From Oikopleura dioica (lineage: Eukaryota; Animalia; Chordata): 64,000 nt of DNA. Of this stretch, positions 59,121 through 64,000 are shown in pieces. A program made the translations under genes and the position numbers. How positions within the stretch are numbered: position 1 is the stretch's first letter; the number at the start of each line of letters is the position of its first letter. The DNA lies in the NCBI GenBank assembly GCA_907165135.1, contig CAJRAX010000007.1, forward strand, positions 67,585 through 131,584. Reading direction: 5' to 3'. Below the pieces are notes generated by a model that saw nothing but the letters and a program-made list of their open reading frames with translations, did not search any database and was not told the DNA's origin.

Positions 59121-61443
59121 AAACTTGTTCTGGAATTCCTGTTTTTCAACCAAAATTTGGACTAGAATTAGAATCTGAGAATGAAAATATAGGTTGTTTT
59201 TCAGCCGTTTACCCAGAAAAACGTTCGATTGAGCAAAGTCCTCATTCAATAAACCAAGAGCTTTCAAATGAAGCGAATTCATGTGAGGAAATTGCCCAGT
59301 CCGGTCCCGAGATTTCTCAAAATGACAATTTTTCTGAATGCAAAAGTTCATCGGAGTCGGAATCTTCGGAATCTATGGCCAAAGCGCAAAGCACAAGCTC
59401 AGATTCAACCTTTGAAATTGATCAGAATATTCCTGCCCCGATGGACCCACTTCTTAAACTAAAAACACCAAAAAGACCCGAATCATGTAGACCAAAATCC
59501 GCTAAAAAATTAACCGATTTTTCTGATAATTCCGAAATAGATCATGAGTCGGAACTCAGACCTTTCGAAGTGGAAGACGCTGAGGTAGATAACATATCAA
59601 AAAATGACACTTTGGCGTCTCCCATTCCGAATGGTAATATTTTTCATGTGGTAAAAACGCCCGATAGTAGTCCTGCAAAAAACCATTCGAGTTTAGATAA
59701 TCATAATTTAGAGCACATAACTGAAACCGAGACTCGACTAAATATTGAAAATAACACGCCCGATTTAACAAGTTTTGACGAATTAAACGTTAGTCATAAT
59801 CCACTAAAACGCGTTCGAGAATCTTCTAAAGACTCCATTTCAACACCACAGAAAGTACATATTTTGGACAGCAATAATTTTGAAATAGCTCTTCAAACGA
59901 AAGAAAATTCCCCTGATATTAACAATATGGATTTTTCGATTCAGATAAAATTGGAAAATGAAAATCAAGAGTTGTTTGAATTGTTCGAAGCTAAATACGA
60001 GCAGATCAAACAAAATATGGCTGTAGAAAGAGGAATTTTTTGTAAACTGAGCGAATTGTCGATTCTTATGCTCAGATTCATTAGTCATAAATTCAAACTA
60101 AATGATAACAATGAAAACGCAGCTGAATTACGAATAAAAATAAGGGATCACATCAACAAAAATTTTGCCAACTGGAAAAAATCATCGAATGGAGAATATC
60201 TATTTTATGGTGTTTTCATGGTTCTAAAACCGACTAAACTTAGCGATTTAAATAAAACAGAGCTGAAGGCTCTTGCGGTTTTTTATAATATTCAAAATAT
60301 TTTTCATCTTCGCAAAGCCGAAATGGAGGCCATAATCGAATAATATTTTTCCAGCAATTTTCCAAATCATGAGCGAGTTGATAATGAGCTTTTATTTAGT
60401 CCTGACACGGAAGTATAAATTTTTCTTTCGCTAGGGTAGCTCGAGACAGAAGTTATTTTAATCATCTTTTAAGAGAATTATACCGTTGATCACTGTCAAA
60501 AAAAAGGAAGAAAAATAGTTCCAGACCCGTAAGTGGTCACAGTGATACAATAGTGAAAAAATAAGGATAAAAAAAAAATTAATTCTATAATTCTTTTCAC
60601 GGTTAAAATAAACTTCAAAGCCAGTCTCAAGATACTCTCCCCAAAAGTCACGATACTGTAAAAAGATAGCGTTTAATATCGCTCAAACCTTCTCCTCACG
60701 GTCAAATCATAATTCACTTGTAAATGATATGCTTGCGCTCATACGTTCAATCAGTGCTAGAACCATTATTGAACCTCTATGACAAGCGAGCTATCGATCG
60801 TTGGCTCTTCTGGAAAATGCTCTCATTATTTCAATCGGTTCGGGATTAAAATAAGCGGTTCTTCAGTCTAGGCATAATTTACACGTACGCGTGTGTTGAT
60901 AAAAACTGTACATATTATTCGGTAACTATTTCATCCTAGCCGCTTATTCCCATTGTTTTATTGCTTCAAAAAATTTCAAAATTGCTCTCATCTGCATGAA
61001 AAAAAAATCCGTTTTGCATGATCCAAATTTCATATTGAATATGCTCTTTATTATTATTCGAGAATAATTATTGCGCGCATGATTATTAAATTCGCATTTA
61101 TTCGCTCAATTATAATCCCTCGCTGTTCGAGGATTTATTCTCTTGATTCTAGTCTCATTACTGCACGATCTGACGACAACAACGACGAATGCGAGTTCTA
61201 TCGCCTCGCCAACTCTTCAAAGACGACTTCAAAAGGCACTCCTGGGCGAGCCGGATGGCAAGCTTCTACAGCTGCAGATACTGGAGATCTTCGAGGTTCC
61301 TTATCTCCGATAAGGCTTGACGCAAAGTAATGAGTCCAATGAACCGCGTCAGTAACTGCCCGAAGGTGAGCCGAAGTACTTTTTCATATTTATACGCATT
61401 TATTTTAATCTGTAATAATCTTTTAATTTAACTGTAATGCTTA
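59121..61443 (+). mobile_element. Terminal fragment of C: pol 3' end (ORF 59375-60343) and LTR 60543-61443 truncated by the telomere
   Basis: Matches 24215-26530; GTGGTCACAG|TGATACAAT junction at 60543. Confidence 0.95.
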
Positions 61444-62959
61444 GGGTTAGGGTTAGGGTTAGGGTTAGGGTTAGGGTTAGGGTTAGGGTTAGGGTTAGGG
61501 TTAGGGTTAGGGTTAGGGTTAGGGTTAGGGTTAGGTTAGGGTTAGGGTTAGGGTTAGGGTTAGGGTTAGGGTTAGGGGTTAGGGTTAGGGTTAGGGTTAG
61601 GGTTAGGGTTGGGTTAGGGTTAGGGTTAGGGTTAGGGTTAGGGTTAGGGTTAGGGTTAGGGTTAGGGTTAGGGTTAGGGTTAGGTTAGGGTTAGGGTTAG
61701 GGTTAGGGTTAGGGTTAGGGTTAGGGTTAGGGTTAGGGTTAGGGTTAGGGTTAGGGTTAGGGTTAGGGTTAGGGTTAGGGGTTAGGGTTAGGGTTAGGGT
61801 TAGGGTTAGGGTTAGGGTTAGGGTTAGGGTTAGGGTTAGGGTTAGGGTTAGGGTTAGGGTTAGGGTTAGGGTTAGGGTTAGGGTTAGGGTTAGGGTTAGG
61901 GTTAGGGTTAGGTTAGGGTTAGGGTTAGGGTTAGGGTTAGGGTTAGGGTTAGGGTTAGGGTTAGGGTTAGGGTTAGGGTTAGGGTTAGGGTTAGGGTTAG
62001 GGTTAGGGTTAGGGTTAGGGTTAGGGTTAGGGTTAGGGTTAGGGTTAGGGTTAGGTTAGGGTTAGGGTTAGGGTTAGGGTTAGGGGTTAGGGTTAGGGTT
62101 AGGGTTAGGGTTAGGGTTAGGGTTAGGTTTGGTTTGGTTTGGTTTGGTTTGGTTTGGTTTGGTTTGGTTTGGTTTGGTTTGGTTTGGTTTGGTTTGGTTT
62201 GGTTAGGGTTAGGGTTAGGGTTAGGGTTAGGGTTAGGGTTAGGGTTAGGGTTAGGGTTAGGGTTAGGGTTAGGGTTAGGGTTAGGGTTAGGGTTAGGGTT
62301 AGGGTTAGGGTTAGGGTTAGGGTTAGGTTAGGGTTAGGGTTAGGGTTAGGGTTAGGGTTAGGGTTAGGGTTAGGGTTAGGGTTAGGGTTAGGTTAGGGTT
62401 AGGGTTAGGGTTAGGGTTAGGGTTAGGGTTAGGGTTAGGGTTAGGGTTAGGGTTAGGGTTAGGGTTAGGGTTAGGGTTAGGGTTAGGGTTAGGGTTAGGG
62501 TTAGGGTTAGGGTTAGGGTTAGGGTTAGGGTTAGGGTTAGGGTTAGGGTTAGGGTTAGGGTTAGGGTTAGGGTTAGGGTTAGGGTTAGGTTAGGGTTAGG
62601 GTTAGGGTTAGGGTTAGGGTTAGGGTTAGGGTTAGGGTTAGGGTTAGGGTTAGGGTTAGGGTTAGGGTTAGGGTTAGGGTTAGGGTTAGGGTTAGGTTAG
62701 GGTTAGGGTTAGGGTTAGGGTTAGGTTAGGGTTAGGGTTAGGGTTAGGGTTAGGGTTAGGGTTAGGGTTAGGGTTAGGGTTAGGGTTAGGGTTAGGGTTA
62801 GGGTTAGGGTTAGGGTTAGGGTTAGGGTTAGGGTTAGGGTTAGGGTTAGGGTTAGGGTTAGGGTTAGGGTTAGGGTTAGGGTTAGGGTTAGGGTTAGGGT
62901 TAGGGTTAGGGTTAGGGTTAGGGTTAGGGTTAGGGTTAGGGTTAGGGTTAGGGTTAGGG

Positions 62960-63000
<41 letters not shown>

Positions 63001-64000
63001 GGTTAGGGTTAGGGTTAGGGTTAGGGTTAGGGTTAGGGTTAGGGTTAGGGTTAGGGTTAGGGTTAGGGTTAGGGTTAGGGTTAGGGTTAGGGTTAGGGTT
63101 AGGGTTAGGGTTAGGGTTAGGGTTAGGGTTAGGGTTAGGGTTAGGGTTAGGGTTAGGGTTAGGGTTAGGGTTAGGGTTAGGGTTAGGGTTAGGGTTAGGG
63201 TTAGGGTTAGGGTTAGGTTAGGGTTAGGGTTAGGGTTAGGGTTAGGGTTAGGGTTAGGGTTAGGGTTAGGGTTAGGGTTAGGGTTAGGGTTAGGGTTAGG
63301 GTTAGGGTTAGGGTTAGGGTTAGGGTTAGGGTTAGGGTTAGGGTTAGGGGTTAGGGTTAGGGTTAGGGTTAGGGTTAGGGTTAGGGTTAGGGTTAGGGTT
63401 AGGGTTAGGGTTAGGGTTAGGGTTAGGGTTAGGGTTAGGGTTAGGGTTAGGGTTAGGTTAGGGTTAGGGTTAGGGTTAGGGTTAGGGTTAGGGTTAGGGT
63501 TAGGGTTAGGGTTAGGGTTGGTTAGGGTTAGGGTTAGGGTTAGGGTTAGGGTTAGGGTTAGGGTTAGGGTTAGGGTTAGGGTTAGGGTTAGGGTTAGGGT
63601 TAGGGTTAGGGTTAGGGTTAGGGTTAGGGTTGGGTTAGGGTTAGGGTTAGGGTTAGGGTTAGGGTTAGGGTTAGGGTTAGGGTTAGGGTTAGGGTTAGGG
63701 TTAGGGTTAGGGTTAGGGTTAGGGTTAGGGTTAGGGTTAGGGTTAGGTTAGGGTTAGGTTAGGGTTAGGGTTAGGGTTTAGGGTTAAGGGTTAGGGTTAG
63801 GGGTTAGGGTTAGGGTTAGGGTTAGGGTTAGGGTTAGGGTTAGGGTTAGGGTTAGGTTAGGTTAGGGTTAGGTTAGGGTTAGGTTAGGTTAGGGTTAGGG
63901 TTAGGGTTAGGGTTAGGGTTAGGGTTAGGGTTAGGGTTAGGGTTAGGGTTAGGGTTAGGGTTAGGGTTAGGGTTAGGGTTAGGGTTAGGGTTAGGGTTAG
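61441..64000 (+). repeat. Telomeric (TTAGGG)n array, G-strand running to the window end, with a (GGTTT)15 block at 62126-62200
   Basis: About 425 hexamer units with scattered TTAGG/TTAGGGG variants. Confidence 0.98.

Noticed and set aside
61437-63751. ORFs of (VR)n, (GL)n and (VWFGL)n
   Set aside because: Translations of telomeric repeats.

Overview
Right-hand end of a eukaryotic chromosome (2.56 kb of TTAGGG at 61441-64000); no host genes are recognisable. The subtelomere has two components: a ~60-70 bp AT-rich tandem satellite (core ATGAACTGTAAATCATCTGAAAACGCCAAAAAACGCATCAGAATT plus a variable T-tract, with a 59-bp CpG-rich variant block) and five distinct but related Ty3/gypsy LTR retrotransposon families, called A-E here. 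A is cut by the window edge, B is full-length on the minus strand, C is an LTR-int-LTR-int-LTR tandem plus rearranged fragments, D is full-length and apparently intact, and E is a solo LTR. All five independent insertions lie in the same 27-bp part of the satellite unit (5-bp TSDs at offsets -11, 0, 0, +2, +11) and none is nested in another element. The clade shares several unusual traits. (1) A tandem HeH/SAP-like domain sits at the integrase C-terminus instead of a chromodomain. (2) A Cys/His insert lies in RNase H. (3) The gag ATG is fused to the LTR end/PBS. (4) There is no polypurine tract next to the 3' LTR; a TGGYCA(C/T)A motif sits there instead. (5) Every LTR holds a covarying RNA structure followed by a splice donor, with a candidate acceptor near the LTR end. 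The last ~10 kb is an inverted duplication patched by template switches and capped by telomere repeats added directly onto a broken C LTR. Most frameshifts in the ORF track fall in homopolymer runs and are probably read errors. No database searches were run, so novelty and domain identities are inferences to be tested.
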